A stretch of DNA of 64,000 nucleotides, taken from Jatrophihabitantaceae bacterium (lineage in GTDB: Bacteria > Actinomycetota > Actinomycetes > Mycobacteriales > Jatrophihabitantaceae). Position numbers and translations under genes: made by a program. The notes below the pieces were generated by a model, which did not search any database, was not told where the DNA came from, and saw only the letters and a list, made by a program, of their open reading frames with translations. The stretch lies in the NCBI GenBank assembly GCA_035263725.1, contig DATFRC010000054.1:38-64037 (forward strand), read 5' to 3'. This document shows, one piece after another, positions 1 through 9,461 of this stretch. Position 1 is the stretch's first letter, and each line of letters opens with the position of its first letter.

Positions 1-76
1 CGACGGGTTGCTCGGGGTCGGCCAGCCTCCCGTGCTGCCGGAGTCGCGCCCGGAGACGAGTCCGGTGATTCCCTGA
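1..76 (+). CDS. 3' end of an upstream CDS (last ~24 codons). Possibly a PBP2/MrdA-type transpeptidase, guessed only from mre-pbp2-rodA gene order
   Basis: An open frame from position 2 ends at TGA 74-76, which overlaps the rodA ATG (TGATG). The product is a synteny guess only. Confidence 0.3.
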   Translation, partial: DGLLGVGQPPVLPESRPETSPVIP

Positions 77-1266
77 TGACGGTGGTCTCCCGCGATCCGG
101 CCAGACCGTTCACGCTGGTTCCGTCGCGAGTGCTGCGGCGCCGCGTGCGGCGCGGTGTGGACGGCTGGCTCGTGGGTGCAGCCCTGCTGCTGGCGCTGAT
201 CGGAGCTGTGCTCGTGTGGTCGGCCACCCGGCAGCGGCTTTCCGACGAGGGACGCGACCCGCAGGGCTACTTGTACCGGCACCTGGCCAACATCGGTATC
301 GGGTTGACGCTGGCGGTGCTAGCCGCCCGAGTGGACGTGCGGCGCCTTCGCATAATCGGGCCGGTGCTGTACGGCGCGAGCCTGCTGGGCCTGCTCGCGG
401 TGTTCGCGTTCGGCCGGACCATCAACGGCGCGCACGCGTGGTTGGCGCTACCCGGTGGTATGCAGCTGCAGCCGGCAGAGTTCATGAAGCTCGGCCTGAT
501 CGTGGGCATGGCGACGTTGTTCGCAGAACGGGCCGCCAAGCGGCATTCCGAGCGACCGACCACGCTCGATGTGCTGATCGCCATCGTGCTGATCACCGTG
601 CCGCTGCTGCTGATCATGCTGCAGCCCGACCTGGGCTCGGCGATGGTGCTCGCGGCTGCCGGCTTCGGAGTGCTCATTGCGGCGGACGTCCCGGCCCGCT
701 GGACGCTCGGGCTGATCGTCCTCGGCGCCCTGGGCACGCTCCTTGCGATCAAGTCGGGCGTGCTCGCCGACTACCAGCTCGCCCGCTTCCGCGTGTTCGC
801 CCACCCCGGCGAGGATCCACGCGGCGCGTCCTACAACGTCATGCAGGCGCACATCGCGATCGCAAACGGAGGGCTGTTCGGGCGTGGGCTCTTCCACGGG
901 CCACAGACGCGCGGCGCCTTCGTTCCCGAGCAGCAGACGGACTTCATCTACAGCGTGGCGGGCGAGGAGTTCGGGCTGCTCGGCGCGGGGCTGATCATCG
1001 TGCTGTTCGCGGTGCTGTGCTGGCGCGGCATGCACATCGCGGCAAACGCCGGACGTGCCGGACGACTGATCGCCGCCGGCGTCGTGTGCTGGTTCGCGTT
1101 CCAGGCGTTCCAGAACATCGGCATGAACCTCGGCTTGACGCCCGTGACCGGATTGCCGCTGCCGTTCGTCTCGTACGGCGGCTCGTCGATGTTCGCGCAG
1201 TCACTGGCTGTGGGCCTGTTGCTGGCCGTCGCGCGGTACTCGACCACGCAGCGTCCGGTCGTCTGA
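76..1266 (+). CDS. rodA: FtsW/RodA/SpoVE family cell-shape glycosyltransferase (RodA)
   Basis: 396-aa polytopic membrane protein with family blocks FVPEQQTDFIYSVAGEEFGLLG and PLPFVSYGGSSM. Confidence 0.9.
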   Translation: MTVVSRDPARPFTLVPSRVLRRRVRRGVDGWLVGAALLLALIGAVLVWSATRQRLSDEGRDPQGYLYRHLANIGIGLTLAVLAARVDVRRLRIIGPVLYGASLLGLLAVFAFGRTINGAHAWLALPGGMQLQPAEFMKLGLIVGMATLFAERAAKRHSERPTTLDVLIAIVLITVPLLLIMLQPDLGSAMVLAAAGFGVLIAADVPARWTLGLIVLGALGTLLAIKSGVLADYQLARFRVFAHPGEDPRGASYNVMQAHIAIANGGLFGRGLFHGPQTRGAFVPEQQTDFIYSVAGEEFGLLGAGLIIVLFAVLCWRGMHIAANAGRAGRLIAAGVVCWFAFQAFQNIGMNLGLTPVTGLPLPFVSYGGSSMFAQSLAVGLLLAVARYSTTQRPVV

Positions 1267-1294
1267 CGCGGGCCGACGTCTGCGCGAATTCGCG

Positions 1295-3223
1295 ATGACA
1301 CGCCGGCTCGTACCATTGGTCCGCGTGGAGTCCTTGTTCGAGCGGCTGGAGCCGTTGCTGCCTCTGGTGAGCAAGCCGATCCAGTACGTCGGCGGCGAGC
1401 TGAACGTTCGCGTCAAGGACTGGGACGACGTCGCGGTGCATTGGGCGTTGATGTACCCGGACGCATACGAGGTCGGCCTGCCGAACCAGGGCGTCCAGAT
1501 CCTGTACGAAGTGATCAACGAGCGTGACGACGCCTTGGCCGAGCGCACCTACTCGGTCTGGCCGGACCTCGAAGCGCTGATGCGGCAGCACGCGATCCCG
1601 CAGTTCACGGTCGATGCGCACCGGCCGGTGGCTGCCTTCGATGTCCTCGGCGTGTCGTTCGCGACCGAGCTCGGCTACACGAACCTGCTCACCGCGCTGG
1701 ACCTTGCCGGCATCCCGTTGCACGCGGCAGACCGCGACGACACGCATCCGTTCGTGATCGCCGGTGGGCACGCCGCGTTCAACCCCGAGCCGATCGCCGA
1801 CTTCATCGACGCGGCGGTGCTCGGCGACGGCGAGCAGGTGGTCGCGATGATCACCGACATCGTCCGGGACGCGAAGCGCGATGGCGCGAGCCGCGACGAG
1901 GTGTTGCTGCGCCTGGCGCGCACCGGCGGGGTGTACGTGCCGCGCTTCTACGACGTGACCTATCTGCTGGACGGACGCATCGCCGCCGTCGAGCCGAATC
2001 GTGACGGGGTACCGCAGCAAGTCACCAAGCACACCGTCATGGACCTCGACGCGTGGCCGTACCCGAAGAAACCCCTTGTGCCACTGGCGGAATCGGTGCA
2101 CGAGCGGATGAGTGTCGAGATCTTCCGCGGCTGCACGCGGGGTTGCCGGTTCTGCCAGGCCGGCATGATCACCCGGCCGGTCCGCGAGCGTTCGATCACC
2201 ACCATCGGCGCCATGGTCGAGGACGGGTTGCGCGCCACCGGGTTCGAGGAGGTCGGACTGCTGTCGCTTTCCAGTGCCGACCATTCCGAGATCGGCCCGA
2301 TGGCCAGGCAGCTCGCAGATCGCTACGAAGGCGAGCGGGTCTCGCTGTCGCTGCCCTCGACGCGCGTCGACGCGTTCAACATCGACCTTGCCAACGAGTT
2401 CTCCCGTAACGGCCGCCGGTCCGGGCTGACGTTCGCACCTGAGGGTGGCTCCGAGCGGCTGCGCCGAGTGATCAACAAGATGGTGAGCAAGGACGACCTG
2501 ATCCGCACCGTCAGCACGGCGTACGCCCAGGGCTGGCGGCAGGTGAAGCTGTACTTCATGTGCGGCCTGCCGACCGAGACGGACGAGGACGTGCTCGAGA
2601 TCGCCGACATGGCGCACGACGTGATCCGGGCCGGCCGGGAAGCCAGCGGCAGCAAGGACATCCGCTGCACCGTGTCGATCGGCGGGTTCGTGCCGAAGCC
2701 GCACACCCCGTTCCAGTGGGCCGCCCAGGCCTCCCCCGAGGTGATCGACACCCGGCTGCGCAAGCTCCGCAACGCGATCAACGCCAGCCGTTCGCTCGGC
2801 CGCAGCATCGGAATGCGGTATCACGACGGCGAACCGTCGCTGATCGAAGGTCTGCTCTCCCGCGGTGACCGCCGGGCCGGCGCGGTGATCGAGGCGGTCT
2901 GGCGCGCCGGCGGCCGCTTCGACGGATGGAGCGAGCACTTCTCATTCGAGCGCTGGACCACGGCCTGCGCCACAGCCGGGGTGGACCTCGACTGGTACAC
3001 CACGCGCGAGCGTGATGCGGACGAGGTGCTGCCCTGGGACCACCTCGACTCGGGGCTCGACAAGCAATGGCTTTGGGACGACTGGCAGGACGCGCTTGCC
3101 GAGTTCGAGCAGGACGACTGCCGGTGGACGCCCTGCTTCGATTGCGGGGTGTGCACCACGATGGGCACCGACATCCAGATCGGCCCGACCGGCCGCACAT
3201 TGCTGCCGCTCGCGCCTCGATGA
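1295..3223 (+). CDS. TIGR03960-type B12-binding-domain radical SAM protein
   Basis: 642 aa with a CxxxCxxC cluster in FRGCTRGCRFCQAG. It sits upstream of rne, as is usual for this family. Confidence 0.85.
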   Translation: MTRRLVPLVRVESLFERLEPLLPLVSKPIQYVGGELNVRVKDWDDVAVHWALMYPDAYEVGLPNQGVQILYEVINERDDALAERTYSVWPDLEALMRQHAIPQFTVDAHRPVAAFDVLGVSFATELGYTNLLTALDLAGIPLHAADRDDTHPFVIAGGHAAFNPEPIADFIDAAVLGDGEQVVAMITDIVRDAKRDGASRDEVLLRLARTGGVYVPRFYDVTYLLDGRIAAVEPNRDGVPQQVTKHTVMDLDAWPYPKKPLVPLAESVHERMSVEIFRGCTRGCRFCQAGMITRPVRERSITTIGAMVEDGLRATGFEEVGLLSLSSADHSEIGPMARQLADRYEGERVSLSLPSTRVDAFNIDLANEFSRNGRRSGLTFAPEGGSERLRRVINKMVSKDDLIRTVSTAYAQGWRQVKLYFMCGLPTETDEDVLEIADMAHDVIRAGREASGSKDIRCTVSIGGFVPKPHTPFQWAAQASPEVIDTRLRKLRNAINASRSLGRSIGMRYHDGEPSLIEGLLSRGDRRAGAVIEAVWRAGGRFDGWSEHFSFERWTTACATAGVDLDWYTTRERDADEVLPWDHLDSGLDKQWLWDDWQDALAEFEQDDCRWTPCFDCGVCTTMGTDIQIGPTGRTLLPLAPR

Positions 3224-3672
3224 CGCTTCGCCGCGCCACGGCCGCGGACGTCGCCGCGCTCGCCGCACTGCGCCGGGCGTGGGTGGAGGAAAACGGTGGC
3301 GTCATCGTCGACACCCGCACGTTCGAGCGTGATTTCGCCCAGTGGTACGCCGCCGAGGCGGGGCGGCGGCTGACATGGGTCGCAGCAGCAGGCGACGAGG
3401 CGGTCGGCATGCTCAACCTGGTCGAGTTCCACCGCATGCCGCGCCCGGGACGGCTGCACTCGACGTGGGGCTACATCAGCAACGTCTTCGTCTTGGCAGG
3501 GCACCGCAACCGTGGTATCGGCCGCCAACTGCTCGAGGTCGCCATCGGCGCGGCCCGCGAGCGCGGCTATGCGCGCCTGGTCCTCAGCCCGAGTGATCGG
3601 GCCCGGCCCCTTTACGCCCGGGTCGGCTTCGGCGCCGCGGACGCGCTGATGCTCATGCCGCTCGGAGAGTGA
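3220..3672 (+). CDS. GNAT family N-acetyltransferase
   Basis: ATG 3220 overlaps the upstream TGA (ATGA). It has an acetyl-CoA motif, RNRGIGRQLLE, and is ~150 aa. The longer 3067 start would overlap the upstream gene. Confidence 0.75.
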   Translation: MTLRRATAADVAALAALRRAWVEENGGVIVDTRTFERDFAQWYAAEAGRRLTWVAAAGDEAVGMLNLVEFHRMPRPGRLHSTWGYISNVFVLAGHRNRGIGRQLLEVAIGAARERGYARLVLSPSDRARPLYARVGFGAADALMLMPLGE

Positions 3673-3723
3673 CTCGATCCCAGGCAGTACCGGTTCCATT
3701 TCCCGGCGCGGGAGACTGGGGGA

Positions 3724-4479
3724 GTGTCCCGGCGTACCCCGGAGGGCCCGCCACCGCCGCCGGTGGTGCAACGCGTGCGGCTGCGCTACGCCAAGCGCGG
3801 GCGCATGCGGTTCGCCTCCCATCGTGACTTCGCGCGTGCGTTCGAGCGTGCGTTGCGCAGGTCCGCCGTCCCCATGGCGTACTCGGCCGGGTTCACGCCA
3901 CATCCCAGGGTGTCCTACGTCGGCGCCGCCCCGACCGGCGTAGCGAGCGAGGCCGAGTACCTCGAGATCGGCCTGGCCTCCCGTGTCGATGTCGACACGG
4001 TGCGGGCCACGATCGACGCCGCCTTGCCGGAGGGCATCGACGTGCTGGACGCCGTCGAAGCCGGTGGCGGCTCCCTGGCCGAGCGGATGGAGGCTGCCGC
4101 CTGGCGGATCGAGATCGACGCCGAGCCTTCGGTGATCGCCGGCGCCCTCGCCGACTTCCTGCGGGCCGACGAGGTCGGCGTCGAGCGGCTCATGAAGGAC
4201 GGGCGGCGGACCGTCGACGCGCGGGGCCCGGTGCTCGCCGCGTCGCTCACCGGCGAGGCGGGCAGCCGTGCGATACTGGACGTGGTCGTTCGGCTGGTCA
4301 CGCCAGCCCCTCGACCCGACGACGTACTCGTAGCGTTACGCACCGTCGCCGGCCTCGCCCATGAGGCACCGCGGTGGAACTATCGCGCGGTGCGCATGGC
4401 GCAGGGCCCGCTCGACGGGTCCGGCGCGATCGGCGACCCGCTCGCTGCCGACCGCGTGGCGCATGAGGCGGAGCCGTAG
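3724..4479 (+). CDS. TIGR03936/DUF2344 radical-SAM-associated protein
   Basis: GTG start. The N-terminal block RLRYAKRGRMRFASHRDFARAFERALRRS...FTPHP is typical of DUF2344. Confidence 0.8.
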   Translation: MSRRTPEGPPPPPVVQRVRLRYAKRGRMRFASHRDFARAFERALRRSAVPMAYSAGFTPHPRVSYVGAAPTGVASEAEYLEIGLASRVDVDTVRATIDAALPEGIDVLDAVEAGGGSLAERMEAAAWRIEIDAEPSVIAGALADFLRADEVGVERLMKDGRRTVDARGPVLAASLTGEAGSRAILDVVVRLVTPAPRPDDVLVALRTVAGLAHEAPRWNYRAVRMAQGPLDGSGAIGDPLAADRVAHEAEP

Positions 4480-4642
4480 TCCCTGATCGGACGCGAGGAC
4501 GTGGCCCTCCGCGGGCCAGCAGACTTTGCGGGCCACCGTGCGGTGGTTCGCCTCAACCGCCTCTGCGCGGTCGCGGCTCGGACAGGCCGATTTGACCTGT
4601 CGACGGCAGCGCCCGGAGGCCGAAATGGAGTGACCCGAGCAC

Positions 4643-7246
4643 ATGCTCGAACCTGACAACCCAGCTGAGTCATCTGAATTAGAAAGCGCTCCGGCTGAGG
4701 CGGCACCGCCGGCCAAGCGCCGCGCGCCCCGCAAGGCAGCCGCGCCGAAAGCGGCTGCGACGAAGGCGGCCGCCGCGAAGGCCGCTGCGGCGAAGGCCGC
4801 TGCAAAGAAGACCGCGGCGAAGAAGACCACCGCAAAGAAGACCACCGCAAAGAAGACCACTGCGAAGAAGAGCGCCGTGGCCGAGCCCGCCGCGGAACCG
4901 CCCGCCGCGGAGCCGCTCGCCCAGCCGGCCGCGAAGAAAGCACCGCGCACGCGGGCCAGCAAGCGGGCCGCAAAGGCGGCTGCCCCGGAACCCGAACCAC
5001 CCGTAGCGGAGCAGGCAAGTGCGCCGCCCGCCGAACCCCAGGCCGAAGCCGCCCCGCTCGAGCCCGAGTCGTCAGCTGCCCAGGTGGGGGCCCCGGCTGT
5101 CCTGTTCGTCGCCGCCACAGAGGCGCCGGCACCGACCCCCCGGCGGCGCGGACAGCCCAAGGCGGAACCGGCCGCCGTGGCCGACGAGGTTGCCGTCGAC
5201 GTCGCCGCCGAAGTGGACGAGGAGCCCGAGGAGGTCCGCGAGGCCGCCGCGGAGGAGGCGTCGGGAGCGCGCCGTCGGCGCCGTCGCGGGCGCCGCGGAA
5301 GGGGCGGTCGCGGGCGCGATGGCGGCACCGCCGGGGCGGACGAGGAGGTCGAAGAGGTCGACGAGGAGTTGACCGTCGACGTCGAGGCGCCCGCCGACGT
5401 GGAGGAGGAGGCCGAATCCAGCTCAACCCGGCGCCGCCGGCGGCGCCGCCGCAAGGCCGATGCCGAGGAGGGGGAGCCGGCCAGCGACGACCCGCCCAAT
5501 ACCGTTGTGCACGTCCGCGAAGCGCGCGAGGCCGACGACGCCGACGGGGTACGCGGTGTCAAGGGCTCGACGCGGTTGGAAGCCAAGCGCCAGCGGCGCC
5601 GTGACGGGCGCGACTCCGGACGCCGCCGCGCGCCGATCCTCACCGAGGCGGAGTTCCTCGCTAGGCGCGAGGCCGTGGATCGGGTCATGGCGGTGCGCCA
5701 GAACGGCGATCGCACCCAGATCGGTGTTCTCGAAGATGACATCCTCGTGGAGCACTACGTCACCCGGGCCACGGCGACGTCATATGTCGGCAACGTCTAT
5801 CTCGGCCGGGTACAGAACGTGCTGCCCAGTATGGAAGCGGCGTTCGTCGACATCGGGAAAGGCCGCAACGGCGTGCTCTATGCCGGCGAGGTCAACTGGG
5901 ACGCCGCCGGGCTCGAAGGCAAGGCCCGGGCGATCGAGAACGCGCTGTCGCCGGGCGACGCCGTCCTCGTGCAGGTCACCAAAGACCCGATCGGTCACAA
6001 GGGCGCCCGGCTCACGAGCCAGATCTCGCTTCCGGGACGGTTCCTCGTCTACGTGCCAGGTGGGGGCATGACCGGCATCAGCCGCAAGCTCCCCGACACC
6101 GAGCGGCACCGGCTCAAGGCGATTCTGAAGAGGATCGTCCCCGAAGACGCCGGCGTGATCGTCCGCACCGCGGCGGAAGGCGCTAGCGAAGAGGACCTGA
6201 CCCGCGACGTCGAGCGGCTCAAGGCGCAGTGGGAGTCGATCAACCGCGCCGCGGCCAAGCCCAAGGCGGCGCCGACACTGGTATATAGCGAGCCCGATCT
6301 CGCCATCCGGGTCGTGCGCGACGTATTCAACGAAGACTTCCGGCAGCTGATCGTCTACGGCACCGAGGCCTGGCAAACGATCTCCGGCTACGTCAACGAC
6401 GTCGCGCCGGATCTGGTCGACCGGGTCGTACAGCATACCGGGGAGACCGACCTGTTCCACGATCTGCGGATCGACGAGCAGCTGATCAAAGCGCTTGACC
6501 GCAAGGTGTGGCTGCCCTCGGGCGGCTCGCTGGTGATCGACCGCACTGAGGCGATGACGGTGGTCGACGTCAACACCGGCAAGTTCGTCGGGTCCGGTGG
6601 AAACCTGGAGCAGACCGTCACGCGTAACAACCTCGAGGCCGCCGAGGAGATCGTCCGGCAACTGCGGTTGCGCGACGTGGGCGGCATTGTGGTGATCGAT
6701 TTCATCGACATGGTGCTCGAGTCGAACCGCGACCTCGTGCTGCGGCGGCTCACCGAGTGCCTGGGGCGCGACCGCACCAAGCACCAGGTCGCCGAGGTCA
6801 CGTCGCTCGGTCTGGTGCAGATGACGCGCAAGCGCGTCGGCGAAGGGCTGCTCGAGGCGTTCAGCGAGACGTGCCCTACGTGCGGCGGACGCGGCCTGCT
6901 CGTGCATTTCGACCCGGTCGAACCCCGACGCTCCGGCGACGGCGAGGAGAAGGCGTCGCGCAGACGCGGCAGGCGGAGCAAGGCGAGCGAGCCGGAGGTG
7001 GCGGAGCCGGCGGTAAACGACGAGCAACGCCGAGCCGCGGCCAGCGCCATGGCAGCCATCGCTGGTGTCAACCCACACGAGCAGTCCGCTGAGGCGGACG
7101 AGTCTGCGGAGTCCGTCCCGGCTCCAGCCGAGATCGTCGAGACTGCTGGGCCGGTGGAATCCGCGGAGCCGGCCGCTCGGCCGCGCCGGCGGCGCCGGGC
7201 GGCGAGCCGCCCCGCGGGGCCACCGGTACCCGTAGCAGCCCCATAG
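4643..7246 (+). CDS. rne: Ribonuclease E/G family endoribonuclease (RNase E) with Ala/Lys- and Arg-rich disordered N- and C-terminal arms
   Basis: Contains an S1 domain (GNVYLGRVQNVLPSMEAAFVDIGKGRNGVLY) and a catalytic core (VIDFIDM, TSLGLVQMTRKR, CPTCGGRG). It lies upstream of rplU-rpmA-obg. Confidence 0.9.
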   Translation: MLEPDNPAESSELESAPAEAAPPAKRRAPRKAAAPKAAATKAAAAKAAAAKAAAKKTAAKKTTAKKTTAKKTTAKKSAVAEPAAEPPAAEPLAQPAAKKAPRTRASKRAAKAAAPEPEPPVAEQASAPPAEPQAEAAPLEPESSAAQVGAPAVLFVAATEAPAPTPRRRGQPKAEPAAVADEVAVDVAAEVDEEPEEVREAAAEEASGARRRRRRGRRGRGGRGRDGGTAGADEEVEEVDEELTVDVEAPADVEEEAESSSTRRRRRRRRKADAEEGEPASDDPPNTVVHVREAREADDADGVRGVKGSTRLEAKRQRRRDGRDSGRRRAPILTEAEFLARREAVDRVMAVRQNGDRTQIGVLEDDILVEHYVTRATATSYVGNVYLGRVQNVLPSMEAAFVDIGKGRNGVLYAGEVNWDAAGLEGKARAIENALSPGDAVLVQVTKDPIGHKGARLTSQISLPGRFLVYVPGGGMTGISRKLPDTERHRLKAILKRIVPEDAGVIVRTAAEGASEEDLTRDVERLKAQWESINRAAAKPKAAPTLVYSEPDLAIRVVRDVFNEDFRQLIVYGTEAWQTISGYVNDVAPDLVDRVVQHTGETDLFHDLRIDEQLIKALDRKVWLPSGGSLVIDRTEAMTVVDVNTGKFVGSGGNLEQTVTRNNLEAAEEIVRQLRLRDVGGIVVIDFIDMVLESNRDLVLRRLTECLGRDRTKHQVAEVTSLGLVQMTRKRVGEGLLEAFSETCPTCGGRGLLVHFDPVEPRRSGDGEEKASRRRGRRSKASEPEVAEPAVNDEQRRAAASAMAAIAGVNPHEQSAEADESAESVPAPAEIVETAGPVESAEPAARPRRRRRAASRPAGPPVPVAAP
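4802..4876 (+). repeat. Five tandem 15-nt units (GCAAAGAAGACCACC-like) inside rne, encoding (A/T)AKKT repeats
   Basis: Read directly from the sequence: gcaaagaagaccgcg / gcgaagaagaccacc / gcaaagaagaccacc / gcaaagaagaccact / gcgaagaagagcgcc. Confidence 0.85.
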
Positions 7247-7375
7247 GCAGCGGTCACCCCCAGCCGCTTTGCCGGGCACGGCCGGCGTGCCGTAATCTGT
7301 ACGTCGGCCCATCGCGCGGTGGGCCGCTATTGCGTGCGCCGGCCGCGGCGCGAATCCGAGGAGTGGACAGTCCTG

Positions 7376-7696
7376 ATGTACGCCATCGTCAAGAGCGGCG
7401 GCAAGCAGTACAAGGTCGCTGTGGGCGACGTCGTCCAGGTAGAGAAGCTCGACGCCGCTCCCGGTGACGAGGTCGCGCTGCCGGCCGTGCTGCTGGTCGA
7501 CGGCGGCGCCGTCACGCACGAAGCCGACAAGCTGGCCAAGGTCAACGTCACGGCCGAGGTCGTCGCACAGACCAAGGGTCCGAAGATCCGCATCCACAAG
7601 TTCAAGAACAAGACTGGTTACCACCGGCGGATGGGGCACCGTCAGCCGCTGACCGAGCTCAAGGTCACCGACATTGCAGCCGGAAAGAAGAAGTAG
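7376..7696 (+). CDS. rplU: 50S ribosomal protein L21
   Basis: Begins [21 protein letters not shown] Shine-Dalgarno sequence lies ~12 nt upstream of ATG 7376. Confidence 0.93.
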   Translation: MYAIVKSGGKQYKVAVGDVVQVEKLDAAPGDEVALPAVLLVDGGAVTHEADKLAKVNVTAEVVAQTKGPKIRIHKFKNKTGYHRRMGHRQPLTELKVTDIAAGKKK

Positions 7697-7698
7697 AG

Positions 7699-7953
7699 AT
7701 GGCACACAAGAAGGGCGCGTCCAGCTCGCGCAACGGCCGCGACTCCAACGCGCAGCGGCTCGGCGTCAAGCGGTTCGGCGGCCAGGTCGTGCATGCGGGT
7801 GAGATTCTGGTCCGTCAGCGCGGCACGAAGTTTCACCCCGGCACCAACGTCGGGCGAGGCGGCGACGACACGCTGTTCGCGCTGGTCGAGGGCAGCGTGC
7901 AGTTCGGGCAATCGCGCGGCCGCAAGACGGTAAGCGTCGTTCCGGGGTCCTGA
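7699..7953 (+). CDS. rpmA: 50S ribosomal protein L27
   Basis: Begins [28 protein letters not shown]. Confidence 0.95.
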   Translation: MAHKKGASSSRNGRDSNAQRLGVKRFGGQVVHAGEILVRQRGTKFHPGTNVGRGGDDTLFALVEGSVQFGQSRGRKTVSVVPGS

Positions 7954-7978
7954 GGGGCCCACATAGCAGTACCGCCAG

Positions 7979-8020
7979 GGCGGGCCTCGGGGACATCCCG
8001 GCGCCCGCCCGTTTCGTGTC
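7979..8020 (+). terminator. Terminator/attenuator-like hairpin between rpmA and obg
   Basis: GGGCGGGC (7979-7986) pairs with GCCCGCCC (8004-8011) and is followed by GTTTCGTGT. Confidence 0.4.
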
Positions 8021-8036
8021 GTGAGGAGGCAGCGCG

Positions 8037-9461
8037 ATGGCGAATTTCGTCGATCGCGTCGTGCTGCATGTGCGGGCCGGCAACGGTGGCCACGGGGTCG
8101 CGTCCATTCACCGTGAGAAGTTCAAGCCGCTGGGCGGCCCGGACGGCGGCAACGGCGGCCGCGGCGGCGACGTACTGCTCGTCGTCGACCGCAACGTCCA
8201 GACATTGCTGGACTTCCACTTCCACCCGCATCAGCGCGCTGGCAACGGCAGGCCCGGTGCCGGCAGCAACCGCAACGGTGCCGACGGCGCAGACGTGGAA
8301 CTCGCCATACCTGACGGTACGGTCGTGCTGGACGAGCGCGGCGAGGTGCTCGCCGACCTAACCGGCGTGGGCACCCGGTTCGTCGCCGCGCAAGGTGGCC
8401 GGGGTGGTCTCGGCAACGCGGCGCTGGCCTCGCCGCGACGCAAGGCGCCCGGCTTCGCGCTGCTCGGCGAACCCGGCGAGGAACGCGATCTCATTCTGGA
8501 GCTCAAGAGCGTCGCGGACGTCGGGCTGGTCGGCTTCCCGAGCGCGGGCAAGTCGTCGCTGATTGCCGCGATGTCGGCGGCCCGTCCCAAGATCGCCGAC
8601 TACCCGTTCACCACCTTGGTGCCGAACCTCGGTGTGGTCAGTGCCGGCGACACGACGTTCACGATGGCCGACGTGCCCGGGCTCATCCCCGGCGCGGCGC
8701 AGGGCAAGGGCCTCGGCCTCGACTTCTTGCGGCACGTCGAACGATGCGCAGTCCTGCTGCATGTCGTCGACTGCGCGACGCTCGAACCGGGTCGCGACCC
8801 GATCAGCGACGTCGACGCGATCGAGCGGGAACTGTCTCGTTACGAAGGCACGCTGGCTGACCTGCGGGACCGACCGCGTCTCGTCGCATTGAACAAGATC
8901 GACGTTCCTGAGGCGGCGGAGCTGGCCCGGCTGGTGCGCCCCGAGTTGGAGCACCGCGGGCTGCCGGTGTTCGAGGTGTCGGCAGTGAGTCGGGCAGGGC
9001 TTCGCGAGCTGGCGTTCGCCCTGGCAGCGGCAGTCGTGGCGGACCGCGCGGCACATCCGATTCCGGAGACACGCCCGGTATTGCACCCCAGGGCCGTCGA
9101 CGACGCCGGCTTCACGGTCGAGGCGGACACCGACGGGTTCGTCGTGCACGGGACGAAGCCTGAGCGCTGGGTACGCCAAACCGACTTCGACAACGACGAG
9201 GCGGTCGGCTACCTGGCCGACCGGTTGGCCCGCCTCGGCGTCGAGGACGAGCTCGCCCGTCTCGGCGCTCAACCCGGCGCGGCGGTGACGATCGCCGGGG
9301 TCACGTTCGACTTCGAACCGGCATCCGCCCTCGCTGCCGAGGAGTACCGGCCGACGCGGCGTGGCGCGGACGAGCGATTGGAGCGCCCGAGCCGCGTGCG
9401 CGCGACGGAACGGCTCGCCGCGAAACGCGCCCGCCGGCAGCACACGGACGACGAGACATGA
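8037..9461 (+). CDS. obgE: GTPase Obg/CgtA
   Basis: Has the Gly-rich Obg fold ([15 protein letters not shown]...[10 protein letters not shown]) and a P-loop (GFPSAGKSS). Confidence 0.93.
   Translation: MANFVDRVVLHVRAGNGGHGVASIHREKFKPLGGPDGGNGGRGGDVLLVVDRNVQTLLDFHFHPHQRAGNGRPGAGSNRNGADGADVELAIPDGTVVLDERGEVLADLTGVGTRFVAAQGGRGGLGNAALASPRRKAPGFALLGEPGEERDLILELKSVADVGLVGFPSAGKSSLIAAMSAARPKIADYPFTTLVPNLGVVSAGDTTFTMADVPGLIPGAAQGKGLGLDFLRHVERCAVLLHVVDCATLEPGRDPISDVDAIERELSRYEGTLADLRDRPRLVALNKIDVPEAAELARLVRPELEHRGLPVFEVSAVSRAGLRELAFALAAAVVADRAAHPIPETRPVLHPRAVDDAGFTVEADTDGFVVHGTKPERWVRQTDFDNDEAVGYLADRLARLGVEDELARLGAQPGAAVTIAGVTFDFEPASALAAEEYRPTRRGADERLERPSRVRATERLAAKRARRQHTDDET

Noticed and set aside
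995-2938. Very long ORFs antisense to, or out of frame with, clearly identified genes. Examples are 995-2938(-), 5780-7705(-), 17473-19329(-), 34958-36277(-), 43196-44437(+) and 58259-60718(+).
   Set aside because: These are typical high-GC artefacts, because stop codons are rare in all frames. Their translations are Arg/Ala/Pro/Gly-rich with no recognisable motifs, and each overlaps a gene with strong family signatures.
4700-5470. Short periodic repeats in rne considered as a possible CRISPR-like or minisatellite locus.
   Set aside because: The repeats are in-frame codon repeats inside a continuous ORF and have no spacer architecture. No CRISPR array exists in the window.
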